Shown piece after piece: positions 21,051 to 30,699 of a DNA stretch of 64,000 nt. The DNA comes from Pelagibacteraceae bacterium (GTDB lineage: Bacteria; Pseudomonadota; Alphaproteobacteria; Pelagibacterales; AG-422-B15), in NCBI GenBank assembly GCA_038103905.1, contig JAYNZW010000002.1, positions 10,293 through 74,292 on the forward strand. Reading direction: 5' to 3'. The notes beneath the pieces were generated by a model. The model was not told where the DNA came from and searched no databases. It saw only the letters and a program-made list of their open reading frames with translations. Each line of letters begins with the position of its first letter. Position 1 is the stretch's first letter. A program made the translations under genes and the position numbers.

Positions 21051-21842
21051 ATGAATAATATCTTGATTAAATTTCTTATCTTCTTTTCAAGAATTTCAAT
21101 CATAGGAACAAGAGGGATTTTCAGAAAATTTTTTATATCTATAATAAGATTACTTTCCAAAGAATCTGGCGCTATTAATCTGACAATAAATCATGTTCCG
21201 TTCAGAATTTTTTTCGATACTGATTTCAAGGCTATTTTTCAAAATTATAATTTAAAGGAAATAAATTTTCTTATTAATAATCTTAGAAAAGATGGTGCAT
21301 TTATAGATATTGGAGCTAATTATGGCTATTATTCTCAGACTATTAGCTTTCATAACTGTACTAATAAAATCATATCCGTTGAACCCAACATAAAATTTGT
21401 ACCAAGAATTCAAGAAAATCATTCATTATTGTTGGCACATAAAAAAAGTATTTCACCTATTATTGTTGAAAATTGTGCTGTTAGCGATAATGAGGATGAC
21501 GCTTTTCTTAATTTGAATCTTGGTTTTGGATCAGCATATTTAGAAAAAACGAATTCTTCTACATCAATAAAGATTGTATGTGATACTCTTTTAAATATAC
21601 TTGAAAGACATAACATAAAAAATATCTCAGGTATCAAAATTGATATTGAAGGGCATGAAGATAAGGCTTTAATTCCTTTCTTTAAAAAAGCAGATCAAAA
21701 CTTGTATCCAAAAATAATCCTAATTGAATATACAAGCAGTGAAGGCTGGAATTCAGATATAATTTCTTTTCTTAAAGAGTTGGGCTATAATGAAGAATTC
21801 AGAACAAAAGCAAATATGGCACTTAAGTTAAGTAGCGATTGA
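21051..21842 (+). CDS. FkbM-family SAM-dependent methyltransferase
   Basis: SAM motif FIDIGANYGYYS and the FkbM-type IKIDIEGHE motif. Confidence 0.7.
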   Translation: MNNILIKFLIFFSRISIIGTRGIFRKFFISIIRLLSKESGAINLTINHVPFRIFFDTDFKAIFQNYNLKEINFLINNLRKDGAFIDIGANYGYYSQTISFHNCTNKIISVEPNIKFVPRIQENHSLLLAHKKSISPIIVENCAVSDNEDDAFLNLNLGFGSAYLEKTNSSTSIKIVCDTLLNILERHNIKNISGIKIDIEGHEDKALIPFFKKADQNLYPKIILIEYTSSEGWNSDIISFLKELGYNEEFRTKANMALKLSSD

Positions 21843-22658
21843 AGCTAACTCTTTTGATCTTTTTTTTGCCTTAATAATTGCTTTATTTAAAATATCATAA
21901 AATTTATTTGAAGAAAGCAGTGACTTTATTGCTGCATCTGTTGTACCACCCTTGCTGGTAACTTTTTGCCTAAGAATCTTTGGGTGTTCTTTTTTATTAA
22001 CCATTAGTAAAATTGAACCTAAAAAAAGATGGATAATCATTTGATCAGATAATTTAAAGCCATTTTTCAAAGCAATTTTTGTTAATGTCTCAATAAAGAA
22101 ATAAACATACGCTGGCCCACTTCCAAATATAGCAGTAAATGAATCAATCTGTGACTCTCTACCAACCTCAACAACTTGTCCAACAAGACTAAAAAATTGT
22201 TTTGATAATTTTTTTGCCTTTGGTGTTGTTTTCTTATCAAAGTAAACAACTGAAGAACCCATTCCAACAGATATTGGAGTATTTGTCATTGATCTCACAA
22301 TATTATAATTTTGATTGGTTAGCTTTCTCAATGTAGATGTTTTTTTGCCTGCAATAATAGAAACTATAACTGATTTTTTTGTTAAATTTATTAAGTTTAA
22401 AGAAAATAGTCCTTTAAGCTGATTAGGTTTTACAGCTAGCAACACGATATCAGGTATTAAATTTTGGAAATCTTCTTGTTTTTTAATTAAAACTAATTTC
22501 TTTTTTTTGCTTAAATTTAAAAGCTCTTTTGAGGGTTTGGGCTCAAGAACCAGAATTTTTTTATGTGTAAATTTATTCCTTATTAATGCATGTATAAATG
22601 AAATGCCCATATTACCAGCACCTATAATTAAAACAGTTTTACTACTAATTGCCTTCAT
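21828..22658 (-). CDS. proC: Pyrroline-5-carboxylate reductase
   Basis: Rossmann motif LIIGAGNMG and the C-terminal P5CR signature VTSKGGTTDAAI. Confidence 0.9.
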   Translation of the reverse strand: MKAISSKTVLIIGAGNMGISFIHALIRNKFTHKKILVLEPKPSKELLNLSKKKKLVLIKKQEDFQNLIPDIVLLAVKPNQLKGLFSLNLINLTKKSVIVSIIAGKKTSTLRKLTNQNYNIVRSMTNTPISVGMGSSVVYFDKKTTPKAKKLSKQFFSLVGQVVEVGRESQIDSFTAIFGSGPAYVYFFIETLTKIALKNGFKLSDQMIIHLFLGSILLMVNKKEHPKILRQKVTSKGGTTDAAIKSLLSSNKFYDILNKAIIKAKKRSKELASIAT

Positions 22659-22803
22659 TTCTTCTTAATTCCTCTTTATTCACTTTTCTTTCTTTTCTGA
22701 AGGTTTTTAATATTTCTATTTCATCTTTAAATATACTTGAGAACTCATAAATATTTAAAAATATCTTTGCGGCAAAAGTTTTTAAATTATTTCTAGGTTT
22801 CAT
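22645..22803 (-). CDS. Small ORF (52 aa) translationally coupled to proC; possible UbiK/BMFP-like remnant
   Basis: Below the track length cutoff. My translation: MKPRNNLKTFAAKIFLNIYEFSSIFKDEIEILKTFRKERKVNKEELRRNEGN*. It fills the otherwise unexplained proC-lgt gap, and its stop overlaps the proC start by 14 nt. The family assignment is a guess. Confidence 0.3.
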   Translation of the reverse strand: MKPRNNLKTFAAKIFLNIYEFSSIFKDEIEILKTFRKERKVNKEELRRNEGN

Positions 22804-22838
22804 TGAGGATAAAATATTATTAGTTTATATTAAAATAC

Positions 22839-23651
22839 ATGATCTATCTCGATTATCCATCCATTAGTCCAATTATATTTTCTATAGGTTCATTTGAAAT
22901 CAGATGGTATTCAATAGCTTATATAATCGGATTTTTATTTGCATGGCAATATATTAAATTATTGTCAAATAAAAAAGCATTATACGGCTTCAAAACAAAT
23001 CTTGAGAGTCAGTCAATAGATGATCTTATTTTTTATTCTATAATTGGCTTAATTATTGGAGCGCGCCTCGCTTATGTAATTTTTTATAATGGAGGATATT
23101 ATTTAGATAATCCCCTACGTGCATTCTACATATGGGAAGGCGGTTTATCATTTCATGGTGGCTTAGCAGGAATTATAACTGCCATTTTTTACATACAACA
23201 AAAATATAAAATAAAATTTTATATCATAAGTGACTTAATTTGCTCATCTGCCCCTGTTGGGATTTTTTTTGGAAGAATTGCAAATTTTATAAATGGAGAA
23301 TTGTATGGAAGACCTGCATCATCCTTATTTGGCATGATCTTTCCCAATACAGATGGTCAAGTTAGGCATCCAAGTCAATTATACGAGGCCTTTTTTGAGG
23401 GTATCATTATTTTTTTGATACTTAATTTTCTAATCTTTGGATTTAGAAAATTGTCAAATCCAGGATTCATTAGTTCAGTTTTCCTAATCCTTTATGGATC
23501 ATTTAGATTCTTAATTGAATTTACTCGTGAACCTGATGCGCAATTAGGATTTATTTTTAGTTTCTTTACAATGGGAATGCTACTATCGATACCAATGATA
23601 ATTGCAGGATTTATAATGTTGTTCTTTATAAAAAAAAGCAATGCAGATTGA
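22839..23651 (+). CDS. lgt: Prolipoprotein diacylglyceryl transferase
   Basis: Lgt signatures GRIANFINGELYGRP and HPSQLYEA in a polytopic membrane protein. Confidence 0.95.
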   Translation: MIYLDYPSISPIIFSIGSFEIRWYSIAYIIGFLFAWQYIKLLSNKKALYGFKTNLESQSIDDLIFYSIIGLIIGARLAYVIFYNGGYYLDNPLRAFYIWEGGLSFHGGLAGIITAIFYIQQKYKIKFYIISDLICSSAPVGIFFGRIANFINGELYGRPASSLFGMIFPNTDGQVRHPSQLYEAFFEGIIIFLILNFLIFGFRKLSNPGFISSVFLILYGSFRFLIEFTREPDAQLGFIFSFFTMGMLLSIPMIIAGFIMLFFIKKSNAD

Positions 23652-24678
23652 GCCTAAAGATAAAGTTCTAAGCATCATCCAAGAGAAGGGGTATATTTTT
23701 CTTGATGAATTCATTGATATCTCACTAAATAAATTAGAATTAAGCTATTATAGATCAGAAAATCCTTTAGGAAAAAAAGGTGATTTCATTACTGCTCCTG
23801 AAATATCTCAACTTTATGGTGAGATAGTTGGAGTCTATATCGCTAATTATATTAAAAAAAATAATATTAAAAAATTTAATTTAATTGAACTAGGCCCTGG
23901 AAAAGGGACTCTGATGAGCGATGTTACAAGGGTTTTATCCTCAATTACAAATAATCAGATTAATTATGATATTCATTTTGTTGAAATTAATGAGAGCTAT
24001 AAAGTGAATTTAGCTACACTGTTTACAGGTTGTAATATACATTCCTCAGTTGATCAATTACCAAATGACTATTCCATTATAATAGCTAATGAGTTTTTTG
24101 ATGTCTTTCCAATTATTCAAGGTCAAAAAATCGATAATAATTTATATGAAACAATAGTTATAATGAATTCTGGTAAGTTTATTTTTGATAAAAAAGAAAT
24201 TAGAAATGAGTACAAGTCATTATTTAATTTAGATTTATTAGATAATAATCAGATTGTTGAGACATCGCCAGTTGCAAATTTAGTTTTTGAAAAGATAACT
24301 AAGCTTTTACTAAAAAACTCAGGAATGATGATAGTCATGGATTATGGTTACACATCTGCGCCTAAAATCAGCACCCTCCAGTCTATTAAAGATAATAAAA
24401 AGACTAATTTTCTTGATAATATTGGAAGACAAGATTTAACATCGAGCGTCAACTTTAAAAATTTTTTGGAAATTCTTGGAGAAAATAAAATAAGCAGTAA
24501 ATCAATACAAACTCAACGAGAATTCTTAATAAATAATGGTATTAATTATCGTGCCGAAATGCTCATAGAAAAAAATAAGGAAAAAGAAAAAGAAATTTTA
24601 AGCCAAGTATCAAGATTAATTGATATCGATAAAATGGGTAACTTATTTAAATTTTTACAATTTAGCACTAATACATAA
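23641..24678 (+). CDS. MidA/NDUFAF7-family SAM-dependent methyltransferase (DUF185)
   Basis: GDFITAPEISQLYGE and the ELGPGKGTLM SAM motif, characteristic of the MidA family. Confidence 0.8.
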   Translation: MQIEPKDKVLSIIQEKGYIFLDEFIDISLNKLELSYYRSENPLGKKGDFITAPEISQLYGEIVGVYIANYIKKNNIKKFNLIELGPGKGTLMSDVTRVLSSITNNQINYDIHFVEINESYKVNLATLFTGCNIHSSVDQLPNDYSIIIANEFFDVFPIIQGQKIDNNLYETIVIMNSGKFIFDKKEIRNEYKSLFNLDLLDNNQIVETSPVANLVFEKITKLLLKNSGMMIVMDYGYTSAPKISTLQSIKDNKKTNFLDNIGRQDLTSSVNFKNFLEILGENKISSKSIQTQREFLINNGINYRAEMLIEKNKEKEKEILSQVSRLIDIDKMGNLFKFLQFSTNT

Positions 24679-25439
24679 TGTTTTTTTCAAAAAATTTACT
24701 TGGTGTGGATCACTGCTTCTTTACAAAATTAGGTGGAGTTTCAACTGGTCAATATTCAAGTTTGAATTGTGGCAAAGGATCGAGTGATGATAGAAAAAAA
24801 ATAAATAAAAATTTAAAATTTGTAGCAAATTACTACGACTTAAGCATTAATAATATTTTCACGTTACATCAATTTCACTCAAATAAAGTTCTAGAAATAA
24901 ATAATCATAATTTAAGAAGACATAATTTATATTTTGATGGATTAGTAACAAATAAAAAAAATATAATTCTAGGAATTTTAACTGCTGACTGTGCACCAGT
25001 ATTATTTTACGACCCAATCAAACAAGTAATTGGTGCATGTCATGCTGGATGGAAAGGAGCATTAAGTGGTATAATTGAAAATACTATAAGCAAAATGCAA
25101 GAGCTTGGCTCAAAGCCACAAGACATTAGATGCGCTATTGGTCCTTGTATTGATCAAGAGTCTTATGAAGTTGGAAAAGATTTTTATGATAAATTTTTAA
25201 ATATTAATCAACGCAACTCAGAATTTTTTATTAAAAAGAGCCTAAAAAAAGGTAAATATAAATTTTCTTTGAGGAATTTTATTGTGAATAAGCTATCAAT
25301 TCTTGGCATTCGTAGCACTAATTCAATCATTATTGATACCTATAAATCAGAGCACATATGCTTTAGCTATAGAAAGTCATTAAATAAAAAAGAAAATGAT
25401 TATGGTAGAATGATTTCAACAATTGTTATAAAAGATTAG
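24678..25439 (+). CDS. pgeF: YfiH/PgeF family (laccase-domain) peptidoglycan editing factor
   Basis: [11 protein letters not shown]...[14 protein letters not shown] and CHAGWKG motifs. Confidence 0.85.
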   Translation: MFFSKNLLGVDHCFFTKLGGVSTGQYSSLNCGKGSSDDRKKINKNLKFVANYYDLSINNIFTLHQFHSNKVLEINNHNLRRHNLYFDGLVTNKKNIILGILTADCAPVLFYDPIKQVIGACHAGWKGALSGIIENTISKMQELGSKPQDIRCAIGPCIDQESYEVGKDFYDKFLNINQRNSEFFIKKSLKKGKYKFSLRNFIVNKLSILGIRSTNSIIIDTYKSEHICFSYRKSLNKKENDYGRMISTIVIKD

Positions 25440-25444
25440 ATATA

Positions 25445-26380
25445 ATGAAAATTATTGCAGGAAATAGCAACCTTCCCCTATCTTCAGACGTTGGCAAATA
25501 TCTTCAGATTGATCTTGCAAAGGCGACTATACGTAGATTTGCTGATGAAGAGGTTTACGTTGAAATAAAAGAAAATATTAGAGGAGAAGATGTCTTTGTA
25601 ATCGAGTCCACATCTTACCCTGCTAATGATAATTTAATGGAACTCCTTGTCATTATTGATGCGTTAAAACGAGCATCTGCGAAGCGTATAACTGCTGTAC
25701 TGCCCTATTTTGGTTATGCTAGACAAGATCGTAAACCAGGTCCAAGAACACCAATATCAGCTAAATTAGTAGCAAATTTAATTTCCACTGCAGGAGCTGA
25801 CAGAGTTCTAACTGTTGATCTACACGCGGAACAAATTCAGGGATTTTTTGATATACCAACTGATAATCTTTTTGCTGGTCCAGTTTTCTCTAGAGATATT
25901 AAAGAGCACTTTGATTTATCAAATCTAGTAGCTGTCTCTCCAGATATCGGTGGAGTAGTAAGAGCGAGAGCGATAGCTAGTAAATTTGGCGCATCAATCG
26001 CGATAGTTGATAAAAGAAGGCCAAAAGCTGGCGAAAGTGAAGTTATGAATATAATTGGTGATGTTAATGGCAAAGACTGTATCATTTTGGATGATATTAT
26101 TGACTCAGCTGGAACTATCTGTAACGCTGCAGACAAATTAATAGAAATTGGCGCAAATAGTGTGACTGCTTATGTAACGCATGGGGTGCTGTCAGGAAAA
26201 GCTCTTGTAAGAATAAAAGAATCTAAGTTAAAAGAAGTCGTAATTACAGATACAATCAATAATACAGAAAATGCTAAGGAGCTTAAAAAAATAAGAATCA
26301 TACCTATTTCTGACCTATTAGGAGAAGCAATAAAGAGAATTTCTGAGGAAAGCTCTGTCTCAAGCCTTTTTGAATTTTAA
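25445..26380 (+). CDS. prs: Ribose-phosphate pyrophosphokinase
   Basis: [10 protein letters not shown] flexible loop and PRPP-binding site [14 protein letters not shown]. Confidence 0.97.
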   Translation: MKIIAGNSNLPLSSDVGKYLQIDLAKATIRRFADEEVYVEIKENIRGEDVFVIESTSYPANDNLMELLVIIDALKRASAKRITAVLPYFGYARQDRKPGPRTPISAKLVANLISTAGADRVLTVDLHAEQIQGFFDIPTDNLFAGPVFSRDIKEHFDLSNLVAVSPDIGGVVRARAIASKFGASIAIVDKRRPKAGESEVMNIIGDVNGKDCIILDDIIDSAGTICNAADKLIEIGANSVTAYVTHGVLSGKALVRIKESKLKEVVITDTINNTENAKELKKIRIIPISDLLGEAIKRISEESSVSSLFEF

Positions 26381-26432
26381 TTAATTTGGCTTGCCTTCTA
26401 TAATAATTTAATTTAATACCTCTAAAAATATC

Positions 26433-27122
26433 ATGGCAAAAGAAACAAATATTGAAGCTGTAATTAGAGAAGGAGCAGGAAAATCTGCTGTAAAAAAAAT
26501 TATGGCTGTAGGGAAAATTCCCTCAATTTTATATGGCCTTAATGAAGAACCAGTAAATATTGCCGTTGATAAGATTTTTATACAAAAAGAACTAAATGCC
26601 GGTGGTTTTTTAACAAAAATATTTAATCTTAGTATTGATGGTAAAAAAAATCTTGCAATCCCAAGAGATGTTCAATTTCACCCTCTCTCAGATCAACCAA
26701 TACATGTTGATTTTCTTAGATTATCAGAGGATTCAAAAGTTACCCTAGATATTCCTACGAAGTTTATTAATGAGGAATCATCTCCTGGTCTTAAGCGAGG
26801 TGGTGTATTAAATGTTAATAGAAGAACTGTTCAATTGAACTGCCCTGCAAACAATATTCCTGAAGAGTTGGTATTTGATCTTACGGGTCTTGAAATTGGA
26901 GATACAATTAGAATTTCAATGGTTAATTTAGATGAGGGTATAACACCAACTATTACTGATAGAGATTTTACTGTTGCATCTGTGGCTGCACCTACGGTAG
27001 TTAAAGAACCTGAAGCACAAGCTGAAGCTGCTGAGGGAGATGAAGCAGCTGCTGCAGAAGGCGATGCTGACGCGAAAGCTCCTGACGCTGCGCAAGATTC
27101 AAAAGAAGAAGATAAATCTTAA
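26433..27122 (+). CDS. rplY: 50S ribosomal protein L25 / general stress protein Ctc
   Basis: Two-domain L25/Ctc (GKIPSILYG...) with an Ala/Glu/Asp-rich acidic C-terminal tail. Sits in the conserved prs-rplY-pth-ychF order. Confidence 0.9.
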   Translation: MAKETNIEAVIREGAGKSAVKKIMAVGKIPSILYGLNEEPVNIAVDKIFIQKELNAGGFLTKIFNLSIDGKKNLAIPRDVQFHPLSDQPIHVDFLRLSEDSKVTLDIPTKFINEESSPGLKRGGVLNVNRRTVQLNCPANNIPEELVFDLTGLEIGDTIRISMVNLDEGITPTITDRDFTVASVAAPTVVKEPEAQAEAAEGDEAAAAEGDADAKAPDAAQDSKEEDKS

Positions 27123-27164
27123 AGATTCTTTTTTAAAAATTTTTTTACCATATACTAGCTATCT

Positions 27165-27728
27165 ATGATTGCTTTGATAGGACTAGGAAATCCTGGAGAA
27201 AAATATTCTTTTAATCGTCATAATATTGGGTTCATGACTATTGATAAAATCTGTGAAAACTTGAATGCTGAACCCATTAATGGAAATAAATTTGGTGGCG
27301 ACAGTTTTAAATTACAAATAAATAGAAAAAAAATTATTATTTTTAAGTCTCATGAATTTATGAATGAATGTGGGCAATCGATATCAAAGCTAATAAAATT
27401 TTATAAAATTGAAACAAAAAATATATTTATTTTTCATGATGACTTAGATTTAAAACTTGGAAAAATTCGTATCAAAGAAGGTGGTAATCCTGCCGGTCAT
27501 AACGGACTAAAATCAATTGATAGCTTTTTAGGCAAAAACTATAATAGAATAAGAATGGGAATTGAACATCCTGGGAATAAGGACTTAGTCATTAAGCATG
27601 TGCTATCTAACTTTAAAAAGAACGAATTAGATATATTTAATGAAATAAATGAAAATATCTCAAATAATATTAATTTACTAATTAAAGGCGAATATTCCAC
27701 ATTTATGAATAAAGTTAAAATAAACTAA
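27165..27728 (+). CDS. pth: Peptidyl-tRNA hydrolase
   Basis: GLGNPGEKYSFNRHNIGF and GHNGLKSI signatures. Confidence 0.94.
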   Translation: MIALIGLGNPGEKYSFNRHNIGFMTIDKICENLNAEPINGNKFGGDSFKLQINRKKIIIFKSHEFMNECGQSISKLIKFYKIETKNIFIFHDDLDLKLGKIRIKEGGNPAGHNGLKSIDSFLGKNYNRIRMGIEHPGNKDLVIKHVLSNFKKNELDIFNEINENISNNINLLIKGEYSTFMNKVKIN

Positions 27729-28816
27729 TGGGGTTTAGTTGTGGAATAGTAGGACTTCCAAATGTTGGAAAATCTACTCTATTTAATGCTCTCACAAAAA
27801 AAATAGCAGCCGAAGCAGCAAATTATCCTTTTTGTACAATAGAACCTAACGAAGGTACCGTTATTGTACCTGATGATAGGATTTATAAATTAAGTGAGAT
27901 TTCAAATTCAAAAAAAGTAATTCCTGCTACTTTAAAATTCTACGATATAGCTGGACTTGTCAAAGGGGCCTCAAAAGGTGAAGGTCTAGGAAATAAATTT
28001 TTATCACATATAAGGGAAGTTGATGCAATCATTCACTTAGTTAGATGTTTTGAAGATGAAAATATTACTCATGTTAATAATTCAATTGATCCAATTAGTG
28101 ATTCAGATGTTATTGAAACTGAGCTAATTTTATCGGATCTTGAAATGCTTGAAAAGATAAGTTCAGGTATACAAAAATTAGTTAAAAAAGGGGATAAAGA
28201 TGCTTTAAAGAAAGCTCAATATATTGATCAGGTAATTTCTCATCTATCAAGTGGAATGGCTGCTAGATCTATTAAAAATATTTCAGAAATAAAAACATAT
28301 CTAAATGAATATAATTTAATAACACTTAAACCTGTAATTTATGTCTGTAATGTTGACGAAAACTCAATTATCAATGGCAATAAATTCTCGGAAAATTTTA
28401 AGAACCATATTAAATCAAATATAATTTTAATTTCTGCAGATATTGAGTCACAAATTGCAACATTATCTGATGAAGAGCAATCTGACTTTTTATCGTCTCT
28501 TGGATTAGAAGAGTCAGGTTTAAATAAAATTATTAAAGAAGGCTACAATACTCTCAATTTAATTACTTATTTTACTTCTGGAGAGATGGAAAGTAGGGCG
28601 TGGACCATTGAAAAAAATACTCTTGCTCCGGATGCAGCCGGAAAAATCCACACTGATTTTAAAAGTGGATTTATAAGAGCTGAAACTATTTCATCAGAAG
28701 ATTTTATTGCTTGCAAAGGAGAAGCAAAAGCTAGAGAATTAGGCAAACTAAGAAGTGAGGGAAAGGAATATGCTGTGCAAGACGGTGACGTAATGCACTT
28801 CTTATTTAATAATTAA
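27728..28816 (+). CDS. ychF: Redox-regulated ribosome-binding ATPase YchF
   Basis: G1 motif GIVGLPNVGKSTLFNALT, DIAGLVKGAS, and TGS-domain C-terminus YAVQDGDVMHFLFN. Confidence 0.96.
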   Translation: MGFSCGIVGLPNVGKSTLFNALTKKIAAEAANYPFCTIEPNEGTVIVPDDRIYKLSEISNSKKVIPATLKFYDIAGLVKGASKGEGLGNKFLSHIREVDAIIHLVRCFEDENITHVNNSIDPISDSDVIETELILSDLEMLEKISSGIQKLVKKGDKDALKKAQYIDQVISHLSSGMAARSIKNISEIKTYLNEYNLITLKPVIYVCNVDENSIINGNKFSENFKNHIKSNIILISADIESQIATLSDEEQSDFLSSLGLEESGLNKIIKEGYNTLNLITYFTSGEMESRAWTIEKNTLAPDAAGKIHTDFKSGFIRAETISSEDFIACKGEAKARELGKLRSEGKEYAVQDGDVMHFLFNN

Positions 28817-29263
28817 ATGAATCATAACCTTGTTTTTCCAACATACGATGAAATTCATGAAAAAGCTGTCAAGCTTGCTGAATTAATTAAAAATAAAAAT
28901 ATAAATTTTACAAAAATGGTCGTTGTCTCAAGAGGTGGCTTTGTTCCAGCATCAGTTGTGGCTTACTGTCTTGGAATCCAAGATGTCGATATTGTCTCAA
29001 TACAAAGCTATATCCATAGAGAAGCAGGAGAAGCATTTGTTCACCGAGCTCCAAAAACAGATGAAGTTGTTTTAGTTATTGACGATATAGTCGATAAAGG
29101 AGGAACTGCAAAAGCACTAAGGGAGTTTATGCCAAATATGCATTTAGCCGTTGTTTACGCTAAGCCAAGAGGTCTTCCTTTAGCGAATACATATGTTGAG
29201 GAAATAACTCAAGAAACTTGGCCTGTCTTCCCCTGGGATGAGGAAGACAAAGCCAATCACTAG
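28817..29263 (+). CDS. gpt: Xanthine-guanine phosphoribosyltransferase
   Basis: 148 aa, collinear with E. coli Gpt as I recall it: VVSRGGFVPA, PRPP motif VLVIDDIVDKGGTA, and a C-terminal ETWPVFPWD-type ending. Confidence 0.8.
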   Translation: MNHNLVFPTYDEIHEKAVKLAELIKNKNINFTKMVVVSRGGFVPASVVAYCLGIQDVDIVSIQSYIHREAGEAFVHRAPKTDEVVLVIDDIVDKGGTAKALREFMPNMHLAVVYAKPRGLPLANTYVEEITQETWPVFPWDEEDKANH

Positions 29264-29272
29264 CTTATTTAA

Positions 29273-30562
29273 TTAGGCGATAAAATAAAGAACCGATAAA
29301 GCGCCAATCACAATTGATCCTGCGTTTAAATCTTCATGCCTACCACTTAAAGCTTTAATAACAACATAAGCAATGAAACCTAATGCAATTCCATGTGCAA
29401 TACTGAATGTTAATGGCATTAATACTGCAGCGAGGACTGCAGGAGCATATTCGCTCACGTCATCCCACTCAATATCTCTCAAATTCTTCAGGAAAAATGT
29501 TGCTACAAAAACTAATGCAGGTGCTGTCGCAAAAGCAGGAATACTTTGAGCTAAAGGAGCTAAAAATAAACATACAGCAAAAAGAACTGCAACGGTAACA
29601 GCTGTTAATCCTGTTTTTCCACCTTCTTTGACACCAGCGCCAGACTCAATGTACGAAGTTGTATTTGAAGTGCCTGCTAATGCACCCACGGTTGTTGCAA
29701 CTGAGTCAGCTAAAACAGCTTTTCCAATTCCATCAACCTTACCTTCGTTATCCACTTTACCAGTTAAGTTGGCAACTGAAGTTAATGTGCCTGCAGTATC
29801 AAAAAAATCTACAAACAGAAAAGCAAAAGCAACACCTATAAAACCAGAAGTTGCGATTAGACTAAAATCTAGAGAAAAAGCATGAGAGGCAGGAGGAATA
29901 GAGCCTACAACACCTTCTATAGAGCTGACTCCCATAACCCATGCTATAATACTTACTGCTAAAATTCCGATTATGATCGATCCAGTTACCCCTCTTTTAT
30001 CCAGGATAGCCATTATCATGAATCCTACTGCAGCTAGAATAACAGGCATAGATGTAACGTCACCTAAGCCAACAAGCGTTGCTGGATTATCTACAACCAC
30101 ACCAGCATTTTTTAATCCAATGATTGCGAGAAACAATCCTATTCCAGCACCAACTCCAAATTTCATACTTTTTGGGATACTGTTAATGATCCATTGTCTC
30201 GCTGGGGTTACAGATAGTAAAATGAAAACTAAACCCGCAACAAAAACTGCTGCTAAAGCTTGTTGGTAAGTGTAACCCATTCCAAATACAACACCAAAAG
30301 CAAAAAAGGCATTAAGCCCCATGCCAGGCGCAAGAGCTATCGGCCAGTTAGCCCATAGGCCCATTATTAAACAACCAATAACAGCCGCTATGATCGTTGC
30401 GACAAATACACCACCAAAGTCCATTCCTGTTCCTTCAGTAGATAAAATTGCCGGGTTAACAACAATGATATATGCCATTGTTAAGAATGTTGCAAAGCCC
30501 GCAACAATTTCTGTTCTTACAGATGTACTGTTACTGCTTAGCTTGAATAAATTTTCTAGCAT
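29273..30562 (-). CDS. NCS2-family purine permease (AzgA/PbuG-like)
   Basis: 429 aa. Polytopic and Gly/Ala-rich, with an N-terminus (FKLSSNSTSVRTEIVAGFATFLTMAYIIVVNP) typical of adenine/guanine/hypoxanthine permeases. Convergent with gpt. Confidence 0.88.
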   Translation of the reverse strand: MLENLFKLSSNSTSVRTEIVAGFATFLTMAYIIVVNPAILSTEGTGMDFGGVFVATIIAAVIGCLIMGLWANWPIALAPGMGLNAFFAFGVVFGMGYTYQQALAAVFVAGLVFILLSVTPARQWIINSIPKSMKFGVGAGIGLFLAIIGLKNAGVVVDNPATLVGLGDVTSMPVILAAVGFMIMAILDKRGVTGSIIIGILAVSIIAWVMGVSSIEGVVGSIPPASHAFSLDFSLIATSGFIGVAFAFLFVDFFDTAGTLTSVANLTGKVDNEGKVDGIGKAVLADSVATTVGALAGTSNTTSYIESGAGVKEGGKTGLTAVTVAVLFAVCLFLAPLAQSIPAFATAPALVFVATFFLKNLRDIEWDDVSEYAPAVLAAVLMPLTFSIAHGIALGFIAYVVIKALSGRHEDLNAGSIVIGALSVLYFIA

Positions 30563-30640
30563 TCGAATCTCCTAATTATGATTAATATCAATCTACATTA
30601 TGATCTTGGAGTTTTCGAATAAGATATTTTGAAGATGTGG

Positions 30641-30674
30641 ATAAAATTAATTGTATTTATTTAAATAAATTCAA
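30641..30674 (-). terminator. Candidate intrinsic terminator after petC: an AU-only hairpin followed by a U-tract
   Basis: In the minus-strand RNA, UUGAAUUUAUUUAAAUAAAUACAA can form an imperfect inverted repeat (about 11 AU/GC pairs, one mismatch). It is followed by UUAAUUUUAU. The stem is weak because it is almost all A-U. Confidence 0.3.
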
Positions 30675-30699
30675 TTAATTAAATGAACCAAATAAGATT

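Noticed and set aside
26990-27122. A GC-rich low-complexity stretch (GAAGCTGCTGAGGGAGATGAAGCAGCTGCTGCAGAAGG...) that looks like a tandem repeat
   Set aside because: It is in frame inside rplY and encodes the Ala/Glu/Asp-rich acidic tail common to L25/Ctc proteins. It is imperfect codon-level repetition, not a DNA repeat element.
30563-30640. A purine (guanine/adenine) riboswitch in the leader of the NCS2 purine permease
   Set aside because: None of the conserved junction or loop sequences I know for the purine aptamer is present, and I could not draw a three-way junction. The region is kept only as a low-interest item to scan with Rfam.
30636-30644. A perfect DnaA box TTATCCACA (reverse strand) as a hint of a replication origin
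   Set aside because: It is a single box with no cluster, no adjacent dnaA, dnaN or hemE, and no AT-rich unwinding repeats beyond the background AT-richness. From rough base composition, about one such 9-mer is expected by chance in 64 kb.
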